Shown here: positions 51,818 through 64,000 of the stretch, in pieces | How the letters are laid out: every line of letters starts with the position of its first letter | Numbering within the stretch: position 1 is the stretch's first letter | Made by a program: the position numbers and the translations under genes | The notes under the pieces: model-generated | Database searches by the model: none | The model's input: the letters and a program-made list of their open reading frames with translations, nothing else | Told to the model about the DNA's origin: nothing | DNA from: an uncultured delta proteobacterium | Lineage (GTDB): Bacteria > Myxococcota_A > Polyangia > Polyangiales > Polyangiaceae | Direction: 5' to 3' | Assembly: GCA_963806225.1 (NCBI GenBank) | Contig: CAWDXG010000003.1 | Span: 96,001-160,000 of the forward strand | Length of the DNA stretch: 64,000 bases

Positions 51818-53014
51818 GTGTCGGGCCGTGCGCTCGCGCTCTCCCTGGTTCTGCTCGCCAGCTGCGTGCCGCGGAGCTCGAGCCCGCAGGCTGCCGCCGG
51901 CCCCAACACCGGGCCACCCTCTGCACGCGCGCAGGCGCGGGAGCCCGTCGTGCGTGCGCTTCCGTCGGCCAGCGCACGACCGGAGGGGGGCACGAACGTT
52001 GCGCTCGACGCCGGGCCGGCTGCGGACGCGGCGCCGCCGCCCGCTGTTGCATCCGCAGCCGACGACGCCGGGGCCGCAGCGCCTGCAACGGCGCCTGCCG
52101 TCACGATCGAAGTCGAAAAGCCCTACAAGCTGTACGAACGCCCCCGTCCGAAAGGCGCCGTGTACGCGGCCGGGCGCGATCAGGTCCTCGCGCGCTGGAA
52201 CGTGGGCGGCACCGGCGCCCCCTCCTTCATCTCGAACCACCCCGGCTATCACCCGTGGCCGCGGGTGCGCGTCGACACGAAGATCCTGAGCAGGAACCTG
52301 CCCCGCCACGCGCCCTGGAATCGCCGCACGGGACACCGGCGCCACGTGCTCAGCGTCGCGCGCGTCCAGGCCGAAGCACGCGCGAACGGCTACTGGCCTT
52401 TCCGGCTGTGTTCCTCCGCCGGCCTCGAGCGCGACCAGAAGATGCACGGGCAGACCATCCTGCGCTTCTCGATCACGACGCACGGACACGTCGCACATGC
52501 GTGGCTGGTCAAGAGCAAGCTCGCCGATGGCGAGGTCAAGACCTGCCTCCGGCACGCGTTGCAGAAACTCGAGTTCAAGCCCGCACCCCAGCGCCGGGTG
52601 GATGTGGAGTTGTCGGTGAAGCTGTGGCCCGGCGACGCACCGGTTCCGCTCACGGGTCCTCCTGACCCGGACAAGGCGCCCGACAATCCCGGACAGCTCG
52701 ACATCGCCGCGATCGAGAAGGCCACGGCGGACGTACCCGCCGCGGTGCGGGCCTGCTATCGCGACGCGCTCGCGCGCGATCCGCATCTATGGGGGCGCAT
52801 CCAGCTCGAGGTGGACCTCGACGACAAGGGACGGGTCCGGCACGTGGCCGAGAACGAGAGTCGGTTCCCCGCCCCCTCCGTCGTCCGCTGTGCGGCCGAT
52901 GCGCTCCGGAAGTGCCGCTTCCACGCCGCGAAGGGCGGCGCGTTGAGCTTTGTCTATGCGCTCCGGCTCGGTGCGCTGGCCCCGTTGCCCAGCACAAACA
53001 CCGAAAACCAATAG
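51818..53014 (+). CDS. Lipoprotein with two AgmX/PglI C-terminal (TonB_C-like) domains
   Basis: Lipobox LASC; FRLC...GQTILRFSI...GHV...VKTCL and VRACYRDALARDPHLWGRI...GRV...VVRC. Start approximate. Confidence 0.68.
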   Translation: MSGRALALSLVLLASCVPRSSSPQAAAGPNTGPPSARAQAREPVVRALPSASARPEGGTNVALDAGPAADAAPPPAVASAADDAGAAAPATAPAVTIEVEKPYKLYERPRPKGAVYAAGRDQVLARWNVGGTGAPSFISNHPGYHPWPRVRVDTKILSRNLPRHAPWNRRTGHRRHVLSVARVQAEARANGYWPFRLCSSAGLERDQKMHGQTILRFSITTHGHVAHAWLVKSKLADGEVKTCLRHALQKLEFKPAPQRRVDVELSVKLWPGDAPVPLTGPPDPDKAPDNPGQLDIAAIEKATADVPAAVRACYRDALARDPHLWGRIQLEVDLDDKGRVRHVAENESRFPAPSVVRCAADALRKCRFHAAKGGALSFVYALRLGALAPLPSTNTENQ

Positions 53015-53188
53015 ATTTTCGCGCTGTGTGAGCCGAAATCCACGTCCCGCGCGTCGTCATCCCTGCGCGGCGAGGGGGGCTTGGCCGCGAGCAGCGGGTG
53101 TGGGAAGGTCGCGCCCGCGTCTGGCGTAGGCCCGCATGAGGCGGGGCCTGCCAACGTGCTTCGGCGATTGATGGAGGGTTTCGGAAAC

Positions 53189-54112
<924 letters not shown>

Positions 54113-54137
54113 TAGCTCGCTCCTTTTCGGGAGCGTC

Positions 54138-54171
54138 CACTGGGCGCGGGCCGCACGGTCCGCGCCCAGTG
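54138..54171 (+). terminator. Intrinsic terminator-like hairpin
   Basis: CACTGGGCGCGG...CCGCGCCCAGTG stem followed by TCGTTTC. Confidence 0.6.
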
Positions 54172-54242
54172 TCGTTTCTGGCCCAGGCCAGGAAGCCGCC
54201 GCACGCCTGGTCCGGGCGCCGCGCTCCCGCTAGGCTCCAGGC

Positions 54243-54767
54243 GTGCGCTGGCTGCTCGTCCTGTTCGTCGTGGTGCCGCTGGTCGAGCTGTATCTGCTCC
54301 TGTGGATCGGCAGCTTCATCGGCTTCTGGCCCACGGTGGCGATCGTGCTCGGGACCGGCCTGCTCGGCAGCGCGCTGGCCAAGCGCGAGGGGATCAAGGT
54401 GTGGCGCGCCTGGCGCCGCTCGCTCGAGACGTTCACCCCGCCCGAGCAGGGCGTCGTCGACGGCGTGCTCGTACTGATCGGCGGCGCGCTGTTGATCACG
54501 CCGGGCGTGCTGACCGACATGCTCGGGCTGATGCTGCTGGTGCCGACAACGCGCGGGCTGGTCGCGGCCCGCGTCCGCCGCGCGATCGATCGTCGCATCG
54601 CCGCCGGGCAGATCCACGTCATGCAGAACGGGCTGGACGAGGCCTGGGGTGTGCGGCCCGATGTGGGCGCGGACGTGGTGGAGACCCACGGCGAGGAGAC
54701 GGACGCGGGCCGCGACGGGCGGCAGCCTCTTCCGGAGCTGCCGCCACCCGGCGACGAACCACGCTAG
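54243..54767 (+). CDS. fxsA: FxsA-family membrane protein
   Basis: VPLVELYLLLWIG...TGLLG...REG...GGALLITPGVLTD. Confidence 0.9.
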   Translation: MRWLLVLFVVVPLVELYLLLWIGSFIGFWPTVAIVLGTGLLGSALAKREGIKVWRAWRRSLETFTPPEQGVVDGVLVLIGGALLITPGVLTDMLGLMLLVPTTRGLVAARVRRAIDRRIAAGQIHVMQNGLDEAWGVRPDVGADVVETHGEETDAGRDGRQPLPELPPPGDEPR

Positions 54768-54783
54768 CGCGCCGCGAGCCCCG

Positions 54784-55938
54784 CTACGGGCAGGGCAAGC
54801 CGGGCACGGCACCGCCATCCAGACCGGTGGCGGATACGCAAAGTCCGTCTTCATGGAAGGCGCTGACGAACTGCGAAGGGTTCGAGACGCCCGCAGCCGC
54901 CCAGCTCTCGCACACCATCGAGCTGGCGAGACAGTCGCTGTTGCAGTTGCACAGCTGCCCGCAGATCCCGAGCGGCGCGCCAGTCGGCGTCGTCGATTGG
55001 AACAGACAGGCCGCCTGCTGCGGGCTGCCCTGCACCGGATTCGAGCCACAGACGCCGGCAATTCCGAGGGTGTTGTTGCTGCACAGGGCCGTGCACATGG
55101 CTTGATGCGGGTCGCTGCTGCCGAAGGAGACGCAGAATCCCTGGCAGGGATCGGTCGCGGCCTGTGGATCGCAGTCGGCGCCCACGGGCAGCCCCTTGCC
55201 CGGGTTGTCCGTGCACAGCCCGCTGGCGAGGTCGCACTTGCGGCCGCTGCAGTCGCTGTCGGTCGCACACTGCGGGAAGCAGGCGGTGTAGGGCCCGGTT
55301 CCCTGCGGGTCCGGACCGCGGCAGAGCGCGTCGTAGCGACCGTCACACACGTTGGTCGCGGCCGGATCGCAGCCCTCGAGACAGAAGCTCTTGCCCGCCC
55401 CGAACGGGACGCAGCGGGCGCTCGGCGCGAGGGCCGCGCAGTCGGCGGCTTGCGAGCAGGTCCTGCTGCAGTAGCCGCGTGCCGGACCCCCGTTGCCGAG
55501 GATGTTGCTCGTAGCTGGAACGCACTGCAAAGCGGAGCCGCAGTCGGCGTCCGTGTTGCAGGTCGCCCCGAGCTGGGATGCTCCGGGGCCTCCGCCGGTG
55601 CCGTAGCCTCCGCCGGTGCCGTAGCCTCCGCCGGTGCCGTAGCTGCCGCCGGTGCCGTAGCTGCCGCCGGTGCCGTAGCCGCCGCCGCAGCCGCAGCCGC
55701 CAGCACTGCCGATAGGACCGCCGCCGGTGCCATAGCCTCCGCCGGTGCCGTAGCCTCCGCCCGTGGCGATGGGACCGCCGCCCGTGCCACCGCCGCCCGC
55801 GCCAGTTCCGCCGCTGGCTGCACCGGCCGAGCCGCTCGCCCCACCTGTCTCGACCTTCCCACCGCAACCGGCGGCCGCTTCGGCGCCAACAAGGACCAGG
55901 CCGAAAACCATCAAGCTCAGGCGGATCTGGATACGCAT
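54784..55938 (-). CDS. Cys-rich lipoprotein with GGYGT repeats
   Basis: Lipobox AAGC; GG(G/S)YGT repeats; QLGATCNTDADC...GICGQLCNCNSDC. Confidence 0.78.
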   Translation of the reverse strand: MRIQIRLSLMVFGLVLVGAEAAAGCGGKVETGGASGSAGAASGGTGAGGGGTGGGPIATGGGYGTGGGYGTGGGPIGSAGGCGCGGGYGTGGSYGTGGSYGTGGGYGTGGGYGTGGGPGASQLGATCNTDADCGSALQCVPATSNILGNGGPARGYCSRTCSQAADCAALAPSARCVPFGAGKSFCLEGCDPAATNVCDGRYDALCRGPDPQGTGPYTACFPQCATDSDCSGRKCDLASGLCTDNPGKGLPVGADCDPQAATDPCQGFCVSFGSSDPHQAMCTALCSNNTLGIAGVCGSNPVQGSPQQAACLFQSTTPTGAPLGICGQLCNCNSDCLASSMVCESWAAAGVSNPSQFVSAFHEDGLCVSATGLDGGAVPGLPCP

Positions 55939-56019
55939 CGGGCCTCCGGACAGGGCGCGCGAAAGGAATCGCCCCCTGCCCGGCATTCTACTCCCTTTGG
56001 GAAGTCCACAAAACAGCAA

Positions 56020-56046
56020 CGCCCGCCCGGAATGTCCGGACGGGCG
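56020..56046 (-). terminator. Terminator-like hairpin between the two Cys-rich paralogs
   Basis: CGCCCGCCCGGA-ATG-TCCGGACGGGCG followed on the minus strand by TTGCTGTTTTGT. Confidence 0.55.
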
Positions 56047-56070
56047 CTGACTGCGCGTGGTTGCGTGGGA

Positions 56071-57267
56071 TCAGTCGGTGCCGGCGTCGCTCACGCCACC
56101 GGTGCCGCCGGTCGAACCACCGGAGCCACCCGTGCCGCCCGTGCCGCCCGTACCACCGGTGCCGGCGGTGCCGCCGGTACCACCCGTACCGCCGGTTCCA
56201 CCCGTGCCGCAGGCGATACCCGTCACCGTGCCGCCGTCAGGATCCGTGTTCGACGTGCAAAGGCCGGCCTTCTTCATGGCGCTGACGAAAGTCGACGGGT
56301 TCGGGAACCCGGCAGCCGCCCAGCTCTGGCAGACCTCGCCGGAGCTCTGGCAATCGGCGTCGCAGTTGCAGAGCGAGCCGCAGATGCCGACGCTGCCGCC
56401 GCCGTTGTTGAACTTCGCGGTGTATATGCACGCGGCATCCTGCGGGCTGCCCTGCGCGGGATCGGAACCGCACTCGCCCGTGACGCCGACCGAGGCGTTG
56501 GAGCAGAACGCCGTGCAGGTGCCGACATCGTTGGGCTGTCCCTGGAAGCCGATGCAGAAGCCTGCGCAGTTGTCGGTTCCGCCGTCCTGGACCGCCTGCG
56601 GGTTGCAGGGCGTGCCGACTGGATCGCCCGTCTTGGGCGTGGCCGTGCACAGACCGGTGCTCAGGTCGCACTTCAGACCGTCGCAGTCGTTATCCGTCCC
56701 GCAGTACGGGATGCAGGCGTTGATCGGTGCGCCGCTGTCCACGGTGCCGCCATCCGGCCCGGTTGCCGACAGGGGCAGACACAGCGAGTCGTAGCGCCCC
56801 TGGCAGGCGTTCGTGCTGGCAGGATCGCAGCCCTGCAGGCAGAACGTCTTGCCGCCGCCGACGTTCACGCACTGAGCGCTGGAGTCGAACGAGGTGCAAT
56901 CGGAGTTCTGCGTGCACGAGGTGGTGCAGTAGCCGAGCGACGGACCGCCGCTGCCGAAGTCGGTGCTCTTCGCCGTCTCGCACTTGAGGCCGGTGCCGCA
57001 ATCATTGTCGGTGGTGCACTTCGCGCCGAGCTGGGTGGTGCCCGTGTTGCCACCGGCGCCGCCGGTCGCACCCGAGCCGCCGGTCGCGCCGGAGCCGCCA
57101 GTCGCGCCTGCGCCGCCTGCGCCGCCACCGCCGGTGCCGCCGGTGAGGATGCCGCCGCCGGTGCCGCCGTTGCCGCCGCCGCCGTTCGAGCTGCTACAGC
57201 CAAACGTCGTGCCGCCGACCGCAGCGGCGAGCAAACCCAAACCTATCCAAGGTAGTACTTTCTTCAT
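56071..57267 (-). CDS. Cys-rich lipoprotein, paralog of 54784-55938
   Basis: Lipobox TFGC; QLGAKCTTDNDC...FCLQGCDP...GICGSLCNCDADC; C-terminal (GGT)n tail. Confidence 0.8.
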   Translation of the reverse strand: MKKVLPWIGLGLLAAAVGGTTFGCSSSNGGGGNGGTGGGILTGGTGGGGAGGAGATGGSGATGGSGATGGAGGNTGTTQLGAKCTTDNDCGTGLKCETAKSTDFGSGGPSLGYCTTSCTQNSDCTSFDSSAQCVNVGGGKTFCLQGCDPASTNACQGRYDSLCLPLSATGPDGGTVDSGAPINACIPYCGTDNDCDGLKCDLSTGLCTATPKTGDPVGTPCNPQAVQDGGTDNCAGFCIGFQGQPNDVGTCTAFCSNASVGVTGECGSDPAQGSPQDAACIYTAKFNNGGGSVGICGSLCNCDADCQSSGEVCQSWAAAGFPNPSTFVSAMKKAGLCTSNTDPDGGTVTGIACGTGGTGGTGGTGGTAGTGGTGGTGGTGGSGGSTGGTGGVSDAGTD

Positions 57268-57404
57268 GTCTCCCAAGCCTCCTGGTGCGCGGACCGCTTA
57301 ACACGACCCCGCTGTATCGACCAAGCCTTACTTCTGCGTATGCTCCGCGCAAGGCGATTCCGACCGCGACAGCTCGGCTGCCCCGCGGCAGTCCCGCTGC
57401 GCGG

Positions 57405-57478
57405 TGGGTCGACAGGGATTCGAACCCTGGACCGTCGGATTAAAAATCCGCTGCTCTAACCGACTGAGCTATCGACCC
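57405..57478 (-). tRNA. tRNA-Lys(TTT)
   Basis: GGGTCGA/TCGACCC acceptor stem, AGCTCAGTCGGTTAGAGC D arm, CGGA-TTTTTAA-TCCG anticodon arm, GGTTCGAATCC T arm. Confidence 0.95.
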
Positions 57479-57626
57479 GCGACCTTTCCTGGCTGCGTTT
57501 CGCCGAGCAGCCGCGAGCTGTCTACCTCGAAAGTCCGCAACGGACCATACCCGGCGTGCAGGAAATTCTGGCGCTCCGCGGGCAGATCTCGATGGGGTCG
57601 AAAAGATCCGTGTGCGCTGGAACGAC

Positions 57627-57882
57627 TCAGTACGGCTTGTGTCCCTGGGCGCGGGGTGATGCGGGCTGATGTTCTCCGGGCCCGTCGGAGGCGCCCACAC
57701 CGTAGTAGGCGTTCGAACGTCTCGCTGCCGGGCCCATCCGGCGATGTGTTCGCCCACCCTTGCTGATCGTAGTTGTCGTCCGGTGTCTGCGGCTGGGCGC
57801 TGCGGTCATGCTCGACGCACGCGCCGAGCCCCAGCGCCAGAAGCAGGACCAGAACGATAGGCGTGTTGCGGAGGAGCTGCAT
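57627..57882 (-). CDS. Small lipoprotein, probable +1 frameshift near 57716
   Basis: MQLLRNTPIVLVLLLALGLGAC lipobox; removing one base gives ...SPDGPGSETSNAYYGVGASDGPGEHQ...KPY-stop. Confidence 0.5.
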
Positions 57883-57893
57883 GGCCCGGGTAT

Positions 57894-57909
57894 AGCAACT
57901 GGAATGCCA
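57894..57909 (-). promoter_or_regulatory. Putative sigma-54 -24/-12 promoter
   Basis: TGGCATT-CCAG-TTGCT on the minus strand, 11 nt before ATG 57882. Confidence 0.5.
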
Positions 57910-58000
57910 GGCTTGGGCTGCCGTCAACCCGCAGCGGCGGGCGCGTCGGCGGAAGTCCGTGACCTTTCGTGCACGGGCCACAGGGTCACAGGGGGCGGGA

Positions 58001-59257
58001 TCAGCCCTGCGGGCGCAGCTGGGCCAGCAGGGCGCCCACGTCTTTCTTGATGCTTCCCTCGCGCGCAGGGTCCACGACGGAACCGACACTGAACAGCGCG
58101 AAGCTCACGTATTCGTGCAACATCTGCTTCAGCACGTTCTCGGCATCCCCGCCGCCTGCGACCAGGGTCAGGTTCTCCGCGACGGCTTCCGGATCGAAGG
58201 CGCCGTGCGGATCGGGACCTGCGTTGCGGAACAGGATGTCGTACACGCCCGCGCCGACCGCGAACGAGGCGAGGCTCTGGCGCACTTCTCCGCCCCGGCT
58301 GGTCTCGTCCGCGCCGGCCAGGATGGCACGGAGCACGGCATTGGCGGTCTCGACGATGGCGGTCGGCCCGCCGCTCATGCGCGGCGGGTGCATCACGACG
58401 TGCTTGCTCTGGACCAGCGCGTAGACCTGCTTGGCCGTCTCGAACTCGCCAAGACCGGTCTCGCGCCCGAGATCCTCGACGCTGCGCCGCCCGTCGACCA
58501 GCGCGTAGATGGCCGCGTACTCCTCGGCGGGCGCGCCCTTGCCATCGGCGCGTGCGGGGACGTAGTCGCTCGACGGGATCTTCTGGCGGAAGTAGGTGAG
58601 CTCGTCGAGCCGCGTCACTCCGTCCATGAGCAGCATGTTGGCGCTCACGGTGTGTCGCGACACCAGCTTCGACTCGTCGAACCCGTCCATGAAGAAGAAC
58701 GTACCGTCGCTCACCGTGAGCGTGCCGAACACCACTTCCTCGACCTGCTTGCCGATGAACTCGTAGACCTTCTCCTGCGACAGGAAACCGAGCTCGATGG
58801 CGACCTCACCGAAGCGGCGTCCTGCCCTGACCCGGTCCATGATCTGTTCGAGCTCGGGAGAAGTGAGCGCCCCGAAACGGTAGAGCACCGAGCCGAGCCG
58901 CTCGTCGTCCACGTTGGTCTGGGCGCCGACGACGTTACCCTGCTCGAAGAACACCGAGCGGGTGTGCTCGCCGTCGAACACGACGAGCTCGCCGCGCCAG
59001 CCGGTCTGCCCGAGCAGCGCCAGCACGTCACCCATCGCGCCCGGCGTGATCTCCCCGGCCAGGCGCACCAGCGCGCCGTCGCTCTCGTCGCGCTGGCCGT
59101 CCTCGCCGGTGAACCGCATGAACACCACGTGCTCCGGCGCGGGCATCAGCCGGTACGCCCCGGCGCGCGCACGCAGCCGCTGACTAGCTACGGTGCCGAT
59201 GGGGTGGGCCGTCCCGTGCGAGTCGATGCGGACCAGCTCTGCGCGGGCCTCTTTCAT
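58001..59257 (-). CDS. DUF4388 domain-containing protein
   Basis: LAGEI...DVLALLGQTGWRGELVV...VFFEQGNVVGA...ERLGSVL...GTFFF...LLMDGVTRLDE. Confidence 0.8.
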   Translation of the reverse strand: MKEARAELVRIDSHGTAHPIGTVASQRLRARAGAYRLMPAPEHVVFMRFTGEDGQRDESDGALVRLAGEITPGAMGDVLALLGQTGWRGELVVFDGEHTRSVFFEQGNVVGAQTNVDDERLGSVLYRFGALTSPELEQIMDRVRAGRRFGEVAIELGFLSQEKVYEFIGKQVEEVVFGTLTVSDGTFFFMDGFDESKLVSRHTVSANMLLMDGVTRLDELTYFRQKIPSSDYVPARADGKGAPAEEYAAIYALVDGRRSVEDLGRETGLGEFETAKQVYALVQSKHVVMHPPRMSGGPTAIVETANAVLRAILAGADETSRGGEVRQSLASFAVGAGVYDILFRNAGPDPHGAFDPEAVAENLTLVAGGGDAENVLKQMLHEYVSFALFSVGSVVDPAREGSIKKDVGALLAQLRPQG

Positions 59258-59339
59258 GGACTTGGAACGATACCCCAGACGGGGCGCCTCCGGCGAGGTT
59301 GTCGCGATGTTCGCACGGCCCGCCGGCTCGCTGCGACAG

Positions 59340-62906
<3,567 letters not shown>

Positions 62907-63169
62907 CGTGCCTCGCGCTTCAGGGTGAGCTGGCCTGGGTGGCTACCCTAGCAGCTCGGCGGCCCGCTGGATGCGCGCCAAGGTAGCAAGCATCACGGAC
63001 AGAAAATCTCCCGGGCGCGCGTGCCCGTCCAGCCTTCGGGCTCCGGGCACTTGCAGAATCCCGCTTTCCGGCTACCATCCACGGGCCCCGATGCTGGCTC
63101 GCAGCGGGGTCGTACCCCCCTTCCCCCGGCGCACTGCCTACCGGGGTGATGACCCTTCAGGAGGCTCAC

Positions 63170-64000
63170 ATGCTTGGACGACGTAATCTCGAACTTCTTT
63201 TCGTGAGCTCCGTGCTCGGCTTCGCTTTCGTCACCGCCTGCGGCGGCAGCAGCAAGGACAACGGCGGCTCCGGCAGCAAGACGGACAAGGCGTGCACCGC
63301 ACCCAACTGCGCCAAGCCGCCGACGGACCCCGGCACTCCCAAGGCCAACGGCTCGACCCCGACCGTGCTGGCGATCTCCAAGCTCTACCTCGGCGACACG
63401 AACAAGAACGGTGACGCCGACCCCAATGCCTGGAAGAGCCTGGGCTACGACCTGGACGGCATCGTCTCGACCCCGCACGGGACCAACCACTGCAAGCCCT
63501 ACGAGGGCGCGAACCCGACGGAACGTCAAGACCGACGGCGACAACGGCATCGACAACTCCTTCGGGGAAAACCTGCTCCCGATCATCACCACCCTGGCGC
63601 CCGACCCCAGCAGCTCGGTCAACCAGTCGATCACGGACGGCTCGTTCACCGTGATGGTGAAGATGGACAACGTGGACAGCCAGGCGACCCAGAGCGGCGT
63701 GAAGTCTTCGCTCTACGGCGGTGCCAGCCTGGGCAGCCCGCCCAACTGGGATGGCAACGACATGTGGCCGGTGGTTCCGGAGCTCCTGAACAACGGCGAC
63801 AAGAACGACCCGAAGGTGAAGTTCCCGAACAGCTTCGTCGTCGACAACACCTGGGTCTCGGGCTCGCAGGGCACCCTGGCGCTGAGCCTGTCGGTGCAGG
63901 GCTACGACCTGACGCTCAACATCGTCAACGCGGTCATCACCATGAAGCTCTCGGCTGACCGCAAGTCGGCGACCGGCGGCATCATCGCCGGCGTCATCGA
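63170..64000 (+). CDS. Hypothetical lipoprotein, +1 frameshift near 63520, runs off the right edge
   Basis: AGGAGG SD; lipobox VTAC; AWKSLGYDLDG; after the shift NVKTDGDNGIDNSFGENLLP... stays open to the window end. Confidence 0.72.

Overview
High-GC bacterial chromosomal window, most likely Myxococcota (Polyangiales-like). This is inferred from the many Gly-rich/Cys-rich lipoproteins, a DUF4388 protein, an AgmX/TonB_C-like protein and a eukaryote-like Ser/Thr kinase. It carries about 50 mostly metabolic, transport and signalling genes, including lat, cobB, a MATE transporter, a HelD-like helicase, a CNT nucleoside transporter, acyl-CoA dehydrogenases, a GS-family ligase and dnaE, plus tRNA-Gly(CCC) and tRNA-Lys(TTT). 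No integrase, transposase or cas gene was seen. Six genes contain a single-base frameshift, probably long-read assembly errors. Two things stand out. (1) A ~2 kb non-coding gap (18861-20874) between convergent genes holds a 14-bp G-rich tandem array and a 72-bp satellite-like array built around the 16-bp palindrome ACATAACCGGTTATGT, with a 422-bp higher-order duplication, directly abutting a small double-HTH protein gene. (2) An operon at 35303-41086 encodes an HTH-REC regulator, a PilZ-like/SAM methyltransferase, a membrane hybrid kinase and a REC-kinase, resembling the Ralstonia phcBSR fatty-acid-methyl-ester quorum-sensing system. All family assignments come from motif recognition, not database searches.
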